A stretch of DNA of 64,000 nucleotides. It comes from Candidatus Krumholzibacteriota bacterium. GTDB lineage: Bacteria; Krumholzibacteriota; Krumholzibacteriia; JAJRXK01. Where the stretch lies: the NCBI GenBank assembly GCA_963806035.1, contig CAWDWO010000007.1:1-64000 (forward strand), in the 5' to 3' direction. A program made the translations under genes and the position numbers. Below the pieces are notes generated by a model, which was not told the DNA's origin, did not search any database, and was given only the letters and a program-made list of their open reading frames with translations. Positions 30,696-38,430 of the stretch are shown one piece after another (the stretch's first letter is position 1; the number at the start of each line of letters is the position of its first letter).

Positions 30696-31376
30696 TCAAA
30701 TTTCTGCTCCACTTTCGTCCAGAGTCACCGGCGCCCAGCTCCCCGACTCGCTGAAAGCTCCCTGGGGAGTGAGCCTGAGCTTCCCCGCTGCGATCCAGGC
30801 CAATACGCGCGGATAGAGTCTACATTCAGCTTGAAAGACGCGAGCTCGCAAACTGGCGAGATCGTCCGAGGCGAGCACCGGGACTTTGATCCGAGCCAAT
30901 ATCTGCCCCGAATCGAAGTGCTCGTCGACCAGATGCACGGTAGCGCCGCTCTCCTTCTCCCCCGCCGCGAGCACTGCGGAGTGTACGCGATCGCCGTAGT
31001 AGCCGGCTCCCCCGAAGCGCGGGAGCAGTGCGGGGTGGATGTTCAGCACCGGTAGCCCGGCCCGGAAGGAGAGATCGAGAAGGGAGAGATAGCCCGCGAG
31101 GCACAGCAGCCGTGCTCCATGCTCGTGTTGCCAGTGAAAGATCTCGCGGTCGCGCTCCTCTTTCCCGGCGAACTGCGACTTCTTGAACACTCGCACGGGA
31201 ATCTGCGCCGCCCTGGCGATCTCGAGTCCACGGGCGCTCTCGCGATCGCTCCCCACCGCCACGATGCGCAGCGGTAGATCCCCACTCTGAATTTCTTCCA
31301 GCAAGTTTGCCAGAGTTCGGCCGGTGCCGCTCAGGAGCACTCCAACCGGAAGGGTTTGTTCATGCTCGAAGGACAT
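30696..31376 (-). CDS. purN: Phosphoribosylglycinamide formyltransferase
   Basis: LLSGTGRTL, LAGY, NIHPALLP, GATVHLVDEHFDSG. Confidence 0.95.
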   Translation of the reverse strand: MSFEHEQTLPVGVLLSGTGRTLANLLEEIQSGDLPLRIVAVGSDRESARGLEIARAAQIPVRVFKKSQFAGKEERDREIFHWQHEHGARLLCLAGYLSLLDLSFRAGLPVLNIHPALLPRFGGAGYYGDRVHSAVLAAGEKESGATVHLVDEHFDSGQILARIKVPVLASDDLASLRARVFQAECRLYPRVLAWIAAGKLRLTPQGAFSESGSWAPVTLDESGAEI

Positions 31377-31399
31377 GGATGTGGCGAAGACCTCCCCCT

Positions 31400-32983
31400 C
31401 TATTGGGGTCTCCGACTCACGAAGGCCAAAGTGATCGCCTGGAACAGAAGGAACAGCGCGAGAGGAAGCTCTCCCCACTTGGTATAGGGGGAGGAAGCGG
31501 AGCTGGGATGGAGCGTTCGCACGATGTAGGTGCGCTCCTGCAGCCGGGTTTGATCCACCACGCGTCCGCTGGCGAGCGCGAAGAAACAGATTCCGTTGTT
31601 GGAACATCGAACCGTGGGAACCCGATTTTCCGCCGATCGCATGACCCCCATGAGACCGTGCTGGTAGGGCCCAAGAGTGTTCCCGAACCATCCGTCATTG
31701 CTCATGTTCACCAGGATCTCGGCACCCTTGCGCACGGCGGCGCGGCTCGGGCCGGAAAAAATCGACTCGAAGCAGATGAGATTGGCGAAGCGATATCCGT
31801 CGACCTCGAAGATCGTGAGTTCCGGGCCCGGATCCCATTCGGCCTGTCCGAAGTCCAACTTCCCCAGGAACGGAAAGATCTTTTGGAAGGGCATGCGTTC
31901 GCCGAATGGCAGAAGGTGCATCTTACGATACCGCGCCCTCACTGCCCCCGCGTCGTCCATCAAGAGAGAGGAATTGTAGCGCAGCAGTGAGCCATCGGAT
32001 TCGACTTCCCGTTCGGGGAAACCGGTGAGCAGGTAGATCTTTTTGCTCTCGACGAGATCCTGCAGCCGCATGAGGTAGCGGGGGGCTCGCAGCACGTCCA
32101 GAGGAACCGCGGTTTCCGGCCACACGACCAGGCGCGCCCCGTCATCTGCCGCCTCTTCGCTGAGTTTGGTGAAGGGAATGAATGTCGAATCACGGCGCGC
32201 CGGATCGAACTTGTCCATGAGCGAGACGTTGCCCTGGATCACGCCGACGCGCAGTCCATCTCCGGGACCCACCGGTGTTTCCAGAGCGTGCATCGTGTGC
32301 GTACCGTAGACCAGGGTGACACCGTACAGCAGAAGCAACGCGACCAGAGCCCACCAGCGATAGAGCACAGCGCGGCCGAGTCGTGGAAACTCTCCCCGCA
32401 GCGAGAGCCAAGTCAAGGCCAGCAGAACGTTGGTCACCGCGACCAGCCAGCTGATGCCCAGCTCGCCGAAGATCCCGGCCAGCTGCAAAATTGGGACGTA
32501 ATGCAGCTGCGTCATGGCCAGGCGCATCCAGGGGAAACCCAACTCGCCCGTGCCCTCGAGCCACTCCACCACGACCCAGATGATGGGAAACCACCAGATG
32601 GCCTGCTCGTGATAGCGCCGGCGCAACTTCGCGCTCACCCAGAATACGATCCCGTCGAAGATGGTCATGTAGAGCGCGAGCAGAACGAGCCCCATCGGCA
32701 GAAACAGCCAACGGTATTTCATCGTTGCCGCGGGATCGAGCTGCAGAAGCCAGTAGAGTTCGCTCAGATGATGGGTCAGGCCAAAGGAGAGAATGAGCAG
32801 CTTGAGACGGAGCGGCCGCGCTTCCCTCAGGTTGCGTGGATGAAAGAGGACGAGCAGAACCGGAACCAGCGCCACGTAGGCCAGAAAGCCCACGGGCGAA
32901 GGCGCGCCAGCGACGCTCAGAAGGAGACCGCTGGTGATGCCGGCGAGAAATTCCGGAGTGGACCAGAACCTAGAACCTTGCAT
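31400..32983 (-). CDS. lnt: Apolipoprotein N-acyltransferase
   Basis: GFPW, WPETA, YRKMHLLPFGE, ICFES, NDGWFG. Confidence 0.95.
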   Translation of the reverse strand: MQGSRFWSTPEFLAGITSGLLLSVAGAPSPVGFLAYVALVPVLLVLFHPRNLREARPLRLKLLILSFGLTHHLSELYWLLQLDPAATMKYRWLFLPMGLVLLALYMTIFDGIVFWVSAKLRRRYHEQAIWWFPIIWVVVEWLEGTGELGFPWMRLAMTQLHYVPILQLAGIFGELGISWLVAVTNVLLALTWLSLRGEFPRLGRAVLYRWWALVALLLLYGVTLVYGTHTMHALETPVGPGDGLRVGVIQGNVSLMDKFDPARRDSTFIPFTKLSEEAADDGARLVVWPETAVPLDVLRAPRYLMRLQDLVESKKIYLLTGFPEREVESDGSLLRYNSSLLMDDAGAVRARYRKMHLLPFGERMPFQKIFPFLGKLDFGQAEWDPGPELTIFEVDGYRFANLICFESIFSGPSRAAVRKGAEILVNMSNDGWFGNTLGPYQHGLMGVMRSAENRVPTVRCSNNGICFFALASGRVVDQTRLQERTYIVRTLHPSSASSPYTKWGELPLALFLLFQAITLAFVSRRPQ

Positions 32984-33093
32984 AGAGGCCTCTGCGTGAG
33001 AAAAGAAGCAACGGTCCTCATCCCCAGGCTTCTTCTTCGGGATCCCGTCGCGCAGGCACTATAGGCGTCGGCAAGGTTCGTGTCGAGCCTCCC

Positions 33094-33780
33094 TCATTCC
33101 TCGCTGAGGATCCCGTGAATCTTGAGCTTCTGGTAGAAGACCTGCCGGCTGAGGTGGAGGGAACGCGCGGCGCGGCTCTTGTCTCCTCTGGCCCGCCGCA
33201 GGGCACGACGGAGAAGAGCCGCTTCGCGGCTCACGAGCTCAGCTCGGCTGAGTTCTCCGGCTCGCTTCTCGAGCTTCTGCTCTTCTACGCTCACGGTGGA
33301 GCGCAGGAGCCAGGCCGGTGGACCCAGCGATCGCGCGAGCGCCTCCATTCCTTGGCGCGCCACCCGCAGCCTGAGCTTCCCCGGGCGCCAGTCCGCGTCC
33401 ACTGCCGCCAAAAATGCCACACAGGGAATGCGGTCTCCGGGAAAGGGCCAACCGACGAGCCCGTGCGCAGCCCGCTCGCGTAACCACTCCGCCAATGGAT
33501 CTGCGGACTCGCGCTGGACACTGAGGGGGCGCGCCCGCGCAAAGAGCTGCCGATACCCCGCCAAAGGGAGAGCCGTCTCGGGAAACTCGGCCGGACCCGC
33601 CTGATCCACGACCTGAAGAAGCTCGAAAACCAGCGCCGGATCGTGGGGAGCCTGCGCATGCAGGCAGCGCGCGATCCCCAGGATCTCGGCTCCCAAGGCG
33701 GCTCGCAGCGCGCTGAGTCGATCGCATAGTTCCTCCTCGGGCATGGAGGGAAGGAACCCCTTAAGAGCAGCTGAATTCAT
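33094..33780 (-). CDS. Hypothetical regulator with C-terminal Fis-type HTH, no AAA+ domain (start uncertain)
   Basis: C-terminus EAALLRRALRRARGDKSRAARSLHLSRQVFYQKLKIHGI. Confidence 0.7.
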   Translation of the reverse strand: MNSAALKGFLPSMPEEELCDRLSALRAALGAEILGIARCLHAQAPHDPALVFELLQVVDQAGPAEFPETALPLAGYRQLFARARPLSVQRESADPLAEWLRERAAHGLVGWPFPGDRIPCVAFLAAVDADWRPGKLRLRVARQGMEALARSLGPPAWLLRSTVSVEEQKLEKRAGELSRAELVSREAALLRRALRRARGDKSRAARSLHLSRQVFYQKLKIHGILSEE

Positions 33781-33845
33781 CTTGAATGCACGGAGGGGGG
33801 CGCGTGGAGCTGGTGGCAGCATCGGTGCTGCAAGGCCCGTGCCCT

Positions 33846-34946
33846 TCATCCCGGCCGACACGAGGTGGAAATTTGCTCTTCTTGGAAGCGCAGGCTGTCC
33901 TCTGCTCGGGGCGCCGGACAGCGCGCGCGCGTTCTAGCCGGCGTGAAAGCGCACGGGGCGTCTTCTCCGCGCGCCAGGACGCGTCCGATGGCCAGGGGGG
34001 GCTCGCTCAACTTTGAAGCGCACTGAGGTGAAATCTCTTCACAGATCACGACCATCCCCAAGCCCAGATTGAAGACCCGCCGCATCTCTTCTTGCTCGAT
34101 GCGACCCCGCTCTTGCAGCAGCCGGAAGATCGGGGGCACTTGCCAGGAGCCCTCGTCGATTTCCACGGCAAGTTCCTTCGGGAGAACCCGCGGGATGTTG
34201 TCGACGAGACCGCCTCCGGTGATGTGGGCCAGCGCGGCGATCGGATGACGAGCGCGCAGTTCCCTCACTTGTGAGAGGTAGCTGCGATGCACCGCGAGAA
34301 GCGCATCGGCGAGCGAACTTCCCAGTCCACCCGGATCCTTTTCGAGGGGAAGCTTCGAATCGCCCTCGAGCAGGACTTTGCGCGCCAGACTAAAACCATT
34401 GGTGTGCAGACCACTGGAAGGCCAGGCGTAGACCCTCATTCCCTCTCGCACCATGGCACCGGTGATGAGGTCCTCCTCCTCCACTCTGCCCACGATGCAG
34501 CCGGCCAGGTCGAAGTCCTCTCCGTGATAGAGGCCGGGCATCTCCGCCGTCTCTCCCCCGATCAATGCACAGCCGTTCTCGCGGCAGGCCTTGGCGAGCC
34601 CCTCCACCACCGCGACGAAGGTCCCCTCGCTCAAGCTCCCCGTCCCGTAGTAGTCCAGGAAGAAGAGCGGGGTGGCTCCCTGAACCAGGATGTCGTTGAC
34701 GCAGTGGTTCACGAGGTCCTCCCCGACCCCGCGCAACTGCCTCGCCGCCAAGGCGATTTTCAGCTTGGTTCCCACGCCGTCGATGGAGGAAACGAGCAGG
34801 GATCCATCGGCTTGGCGGTAGAGACCTCCGAAGGAGCCCACCTCCGACGCGACGGCAGGGCCCCAGGTGGAGCGGATTGCAGCACGGGAGGAGGCGAGCG
34901 CTTGGCTGGCGGCGTCGATGTCGACCCCGGATTCGCGGTATTTCAT
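33846..34946 (-). CDS. purM: AIR synthetase (phosphoribosylformylglycinamidine cyclo-ligase)
   Basis: YRESGVDI, DGVGTK, VND, GGETAEMPG, SSGLHTNGFSL, HITGGG; C-terminus possibly extended by an indel. Confidence 0.96.
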   Translation of the reverse strand: MKYRESGVDIDAASQALASSRAAIRSTWGPAVASEVGSFGGLYRQADGSLLVSSIDGVGTKLKIALAARQLRGVGEDLVNHCVNDILVQGATPLFFLDYYGTGSLSEGTFVAVVEGLAKACRENGCALIGGETAEMPGLYHGEDFDLAGCIVGRVEEEDLITGAMVREGMRVYAWPSSGLHTNGFSLARKVLLEGDSKLPLEKDPGGLGSSLADALLAVHRSYLSQVRELRARHPIAALAHITGGGLVDNIPRVLPKELAVEIDEGSWQVPPIFRLLQERGRIEQEEMRRVFNLGLGMVVICEEISPQCASKLSEPPLAIGRVLARGEDAPCAFTPARTRARCPAPRAEDSLRFQEEQISTSCRPG

Positions 34947-34952
34947 GGCGGC

Positions 34953-34981
34953 ATGCTAGGGCCAGGCGGCTGTCCTGTCAA
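34953..34981 (-). promoter_or_regulatory. Sigma70 promoter TTGACA-17-TAGCAT, 6 nt before purM ATG
   Basis: Perfect -35, 17-nt spacer, TANNNT -10. Confidence 0.75.
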
Positions 34982-35033
34982 AGATAGGCATCGGGGCGGG
35001 CTCGTACGGCTCGAATGCGCCGTGTGCCGGGCT

Positions 35034-36386
35034 CTAGCCGACGGGCAGGCCGACGGGGACTTCGGCCTCGCGGGTGGCGGCGTCGTGCAGAATTCTCTGG
35101 ATCTCCAGGGCTGTACCGTCGGCCTGGGCGATGACCTTGAAGCTGCCGTCGGCGTACATCGACTCGATGGCGTCGACCACGTCCACTGCGAACTGGCTGC
35201 CTTTGAAGCGGCGCAGCTCGTCCATGCACTGCTCGAGCGAGAGCGCGGCCCGGTAGGGACGATTGGAGGTCATGGCGTCGATCGCGTCGCAGCAGTTCAG
35301 GATGCGACTGCCCAGCTTGACCTCGTCATCACGCAGACCGTCGGGATAGCCCAGACCATCCGGACGCTCGTGGTGGTGATGCACCAGGTCGGCCGCCCCC
35401 TTGAGGAACTTCATTTGCGATACGATTTCGCCCCCGATCGCCGGATGGGAAGCGAGGATGTCGAACTCGTCCTTGGTCAGGCGCGCCGGTTTGCAGACGA
35501 TGTCGTTGGTGATGGCGATCTTGCCGATGTCGTGCAGCAGACCCGCGTATTCGAGTTCCTCCAGCTCCTCGGGCCCCATCCCCATCCGCTGTCCAATCTG
35601 CACCGCATACTTCGCCACGCGATAGCTGTGACCGTGAGTGTAGGGTTCATCGGCTTCCAGGGCGGTGGTGAGCGCGGCCACGGTGTTGATGTGAGCTTCC
35701 TTCATGTCTTCGAAGAGCTTGTGACTCTGCCAGATGATGAACAGCGGCAGACCGAAGAGGAGAAGCGACCACAGTCCGGCGTATTCGTAGGAAAAGATGA
35801 GGAAGGCACTCAGCGGTGCTGCCAGCAATCCGCTCAAGAAATGCCAGGCGTAATCGCCACGCCAAACCTGATTCCAGGTTCGCCCCTCGTTCAACACGAG
35901 TACCGTGCTGGTGAGCGTCATGTTGACGCCCGAAAAAACCATGTGAGCAACGAGTGCGGGAATGAGGAAAAGCGGTGAGGAAAGACTGTCGACACTGCTC
36001 CAAGGCAAACTATGGAACACAACGCCAGCCACCCCGACGGAGAAGGTCATCATCGCGATGTTGAAGACGACCTTCAGCGGAGAGCGGCGCTTGATCAAGC
36101 CATCGCCCACTAGCAAGCTGGCGCCTTCCATCAACATGGCGGCGGCCGGGCCGAGGGTTGCGATCACTGCGATGTCCACGGTAGAGGACGCCAGCCAATC
36201 TCCACCCGCTGAGGTCTTGACTTCGAAGAAGTCGACTCCGATCAAGAACGCGCTGAAGCAGAGAACGGGAAACCAATGCGCCGATGAGATTGGATAGCGC
36301 TGAAATACCCAGGAACCCAAGGCATACGCCGCCAGGATTAGAATCAGCACGTACAGAATTGCGATTGATTTGCGGCGGATATGCAT
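35034..36386 (-). CDS. Membrane-anchored HD-GYP phosphodiesterase (multi-TM N-terminal sensor)
   Basis: About 230-aa hydrophobic N-terminus; YTHGHSYRV, LLHDIGK, HHHERPDGLGYPDGL, DAIDAMTSNRPYR. Confidence 0.93.
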   Translation of the reverse strand: MHIRRKSIAILYVLILILAAYALGSWVFQRYPISSAHWFPVLCFSAFLIGVDFFEVKTSAGGDWLASSTVDIAVIATLGPAAAMLMEGASLLVGDGLIKRRSPLKVVFNIAMMTFSVGVAGVVFHSLPWSSVDSLSSPLFLIPALVAHMVFSGVNMTLTSTVLVLNEGRTWNQVWRGDYAWHFLSGLLAAPLSAFLIFSYEYAGLWSLLLFGLPLFIIWQSHKLFEDMKEAHINTVAALTTALEADEPYTHGHSYRVAKYAVQIGQRMGMGPEELEELEYAGLLHDIGKIAITNDIVCKPARLTKDEFDILASHPAIGGEIVSQMKFLKGAADLVHHHHERPDGLGYPDGLRDDEVKLGSRILNCCDAIDAMTSNRPYRAALSLEQCMDELRRFKGSQFAVDVVDAIESMYADGSFKVIAQADGTALEIQRILHDAATREAEVPVGLPVG

Positions 36387-36394
36387 GTGACCAA

Positions 36395-36580
36395 GGCCGG
36401 TTGAGAGGAGCTAGACTACCACTTCACCTTGCTACCGAGGACCCAGAACATTTTCCCACCTCACATCGGATTGGATTTGCCGCCATGCTCCGCTAGGGGG
36501 CGGCAGTGAGGCTTCGCTATGCGCTCGGGAATGTTTGCTCCGCTCGGGGTTTCTCTGCAGACAACTCCCCTCAACCGGCC
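36395..36580 (-). ncRNA. ~186-nt rod-like structured RNA element enclosing the micropeptide ORF
   Basis: 16-nt terminal inverted repeat (36395-36410 / 36565-36580, one G-U on the minus strand) plus four nested inner inverted repeats. Confidence 0.6.
36416..36451 (-). CDS. Micropeptide MFWVLGSKVKW (11 aa)
   Basis: ATG TTC TGG GTC CTC GGT AGC AAG GTG AAG TGG TAG; SD GAGGTG 5 nt upstream; in-frame TGA just upstream fixes the start. Confidence 0.6.
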   Translation of the reverse strand: MFWVLGSKVKW

Positions 36581-36614
36581 AAAAAGAGACCACGACCGAA
36601 GTCGCGACTTGCCA

Positions 36615-37364
36615 TCAGGCCGAGGCGGCCCGCCACGAGATCTGCTCGAGGGTGGCGTCCTCGTCCTGCACCATCAAGTCCTGAAACTCCGCTTTGCCCA
36701 GGGGACGATTCAGAGCGTCAAGACAGGCGTAAACCGTTGACTCATAAAGAGATCCATTGTCCCAGCAGGTGCCGGCCAGACGCTGGATCTGGCGGTTTGC
36801 GCCAAAATCCAGCACCACGATGACCAGGGACCCGCCGGCCAGGGAAGCCACTCGGGTGGTCCTCAATTGGATCTCATACTGGGGTTTGAGCAAGTTGCGC
36901 ACCGCTTGCACCGCCGCCTGGGCCACCAGTGCCACGCAGGCATCCGCGCCCAGGGCCGGGCCCTCCGAGCGGCCCGGAAGCCCCTCGAAGGCGCCGAGGC
37001 TCAGCTCGACCTCCGCGACGAAATTGCCGCCGCTGGTGGTGGAGTGAACGGCACTGAGACGGATCCGTGGCTCAGAGCGCTCCGGAGTCCGGCTCACGGT
37101 CGATTGGTTTGAGGGAAGGGGGGAAGCGTGAGGGGAATTGAGCTGAACCACGCCGATCTTGCGATGATCGACCTGAATACCGTGGCGACGGAGCACCGCT
37201 TCGACATCGCGCACGATGGGACGAGGAGGGCGCTGGGTATCGCTCAGCACGTCGATCTGTTCGATCTCGCCCTGAGCGTCGAGAATCAGCGACGCATAGC
37301 TCACGTTGCGAATCCTGGAGAGCTCGCGCTCCACCTCCATCACTTTCTTCGAATCGAGTCTCAT
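36615..37364 (-). CDS. Conserved-looking hypothetical protein; C-terminal half resembles the LeuA allosteric-domain pattern
   Basis: N-terminal EIEQIDVL..PRPIVRDVE..GIQVDHRKIGVVQL; C-terminal AEVELS..GRSEG..AQAAVQAV..LAG..ESTVYACLDALNR. Confidence 0.75.
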   Translation of the reverse strand: MRLDSKKVMEVERELSRIRNVSYASLILDAQGEIEQIDVLSDTQRPPRPIVRDVEAVLRRHGIQVDHRKIGVVQLNSPHASPLPSNQSTVSRTPERSEPRIRLSAVHSTTSGGNFVAEVELSLGAFEGLPGRSEGPALGADACVALVAQAAVQAVRNLLKPQYEIQLRTTRVASLAGGSLVIVVLDFGANRQIQRLAGTCWDNGSLYESTVYACLDALNRPLGKAEFQDLMVQDEDATLEQISWRAASA

Positions 37365-37496
37365 GGAGCCACCTGAGTTCTTCCTGCCCGTGCCACTGCC
37401 CTGCGAGATTCGTCGTGCTACGACTCTAGCACACGAGCCGAGCCGTCACCAAGTAGGAAACATACTAAGCCATGAATTGACAAAAGATTGAAGGGT

Positions 37497-38402
37497 TTAC
37501 TTCGGCCAGGCTACGAGCTGGCGCAGCTGCGCGCGTCTCTGCTGCACGGCGGCCGGGCTGAGATCCTTCAGGCCGCGGACACTGAAGTCCTCCGCCGCGA
37601 AGCTCGCGAGTACCGTACCCTCGATCATGGCCTCCCGCAGGAGATCGTGATCCAGCTTCTCACGACCGGCCAGATGCCCCAGGAAGCCCCCGGCGAAGGT
37701 GTCACCGGCGCCGGTCGGATCCTTGACCCGGTCCAGGATCACCGCCGGCAAGGCGAAGCGCTGCGCCCCGTCGAAGAGCAGAGCACCGTGTTCGCCCTTC
37801 TTGACGACCACGCGCTCGGGCCCCATCCCCTGGATCACCTGCACCGACTCGACCAGGGAGTGCTTCCCGCTCAGCAGGCGCACCTCCTCGTCGTTGAGAA
37901 AGACGAGATCACAGCGCTGCAGCACCTTGACCAACTCGGCGCGCGAGGATTCGATCCACAAGTTCATGGTGTCCACCGCCACCAGGCGCGGATCCTTGAC
38001 CTGCTCGAGAACTTCCAACTGCAGAGAGGGATGGATGTTGGCGAGAAAGAGAAGCTCCGGGTCCTGAAAACTCTGCGGGAGAACCGGATGAAAGTGCTCG
38101 AAGACGTTCAAGTGAGTGAACAGGGTGTCGCGCCGATTCATGTTCTCGTGATAGCGACCACCCCAGCGGAAGCACTCCCCTTTCTCCACCTGGAGTCCGC
38201 TGGTGTCGATCCCCTTGCTCGAGAGCAGTTCCCGCGCACTCTGGGGAAGATCTTCTCCCACCACGGCCACCAGCCCCACCTGCGCATCGCGTGCAGCAGC
38301 GAGCGAGAAGAAAGTGGCGCTCCCTCCCAGCGCGTTTTCGGCCTTTCCCCAGCAAGTCTCCACCGAATCCAGAGCCACCGAACCTACTACCACGATCTGC
38401 AT
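37497..38402 (-). CDS. PfkB-family carbohydrate/nucleoside kinase
   Basis: VGSVALD, LGGSATFF, NDEE, KKGEHG, DPTGAGDTFAGGF. Confidence 0.93.
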   Translation of the reverse strand: MQIVVVGSVALDSVETCWGKAENALGGSATFFSLAAARDAQVGLVAVVGEDLPQSARELLSSKGIDTSGLQVEKGECFRWGGRYHENMNRRDTLFTHLNVFEHFHPVLPQSFQDPELLFLANIHPSLQLEVLEQVKDPRLVAVDTMNLWIESSRAELVKVLQRCDLVFLNDEEVRLLSGKHSLVESVQVIQGMGPERVVVKKGEHGALLFDGAQRFALPAVILDRVKDPTGAGDTFAGGFLGHLAGREKLDHDLLREAMIEGTVLASFAAEDFSVRGLKDLSPAAVQQRRAQLRQLVAWPK

Positions 38403-38430
38403 GAACATTCCCCCATCGAAATTCTTGCGT

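Noticed and set aside
33071..33085. Sigma54-like site CGACACGAACCTTGC upstream of lnt
   Set aside because: The invariant GG at -24 is replaced by GA
36452..36600. c-di-GMP-I/II riboswitch upstream of HD-GYP
   Set aside because: GGCAAA is present, but the GNRA/receptor and GCAAA..CTAA core are not; the region folds better as one rod
37381..37395. TGGCACG upstream of the hypothetical gene as a sigma54 promoter
   Set aside because: No TTGC at the -12 position
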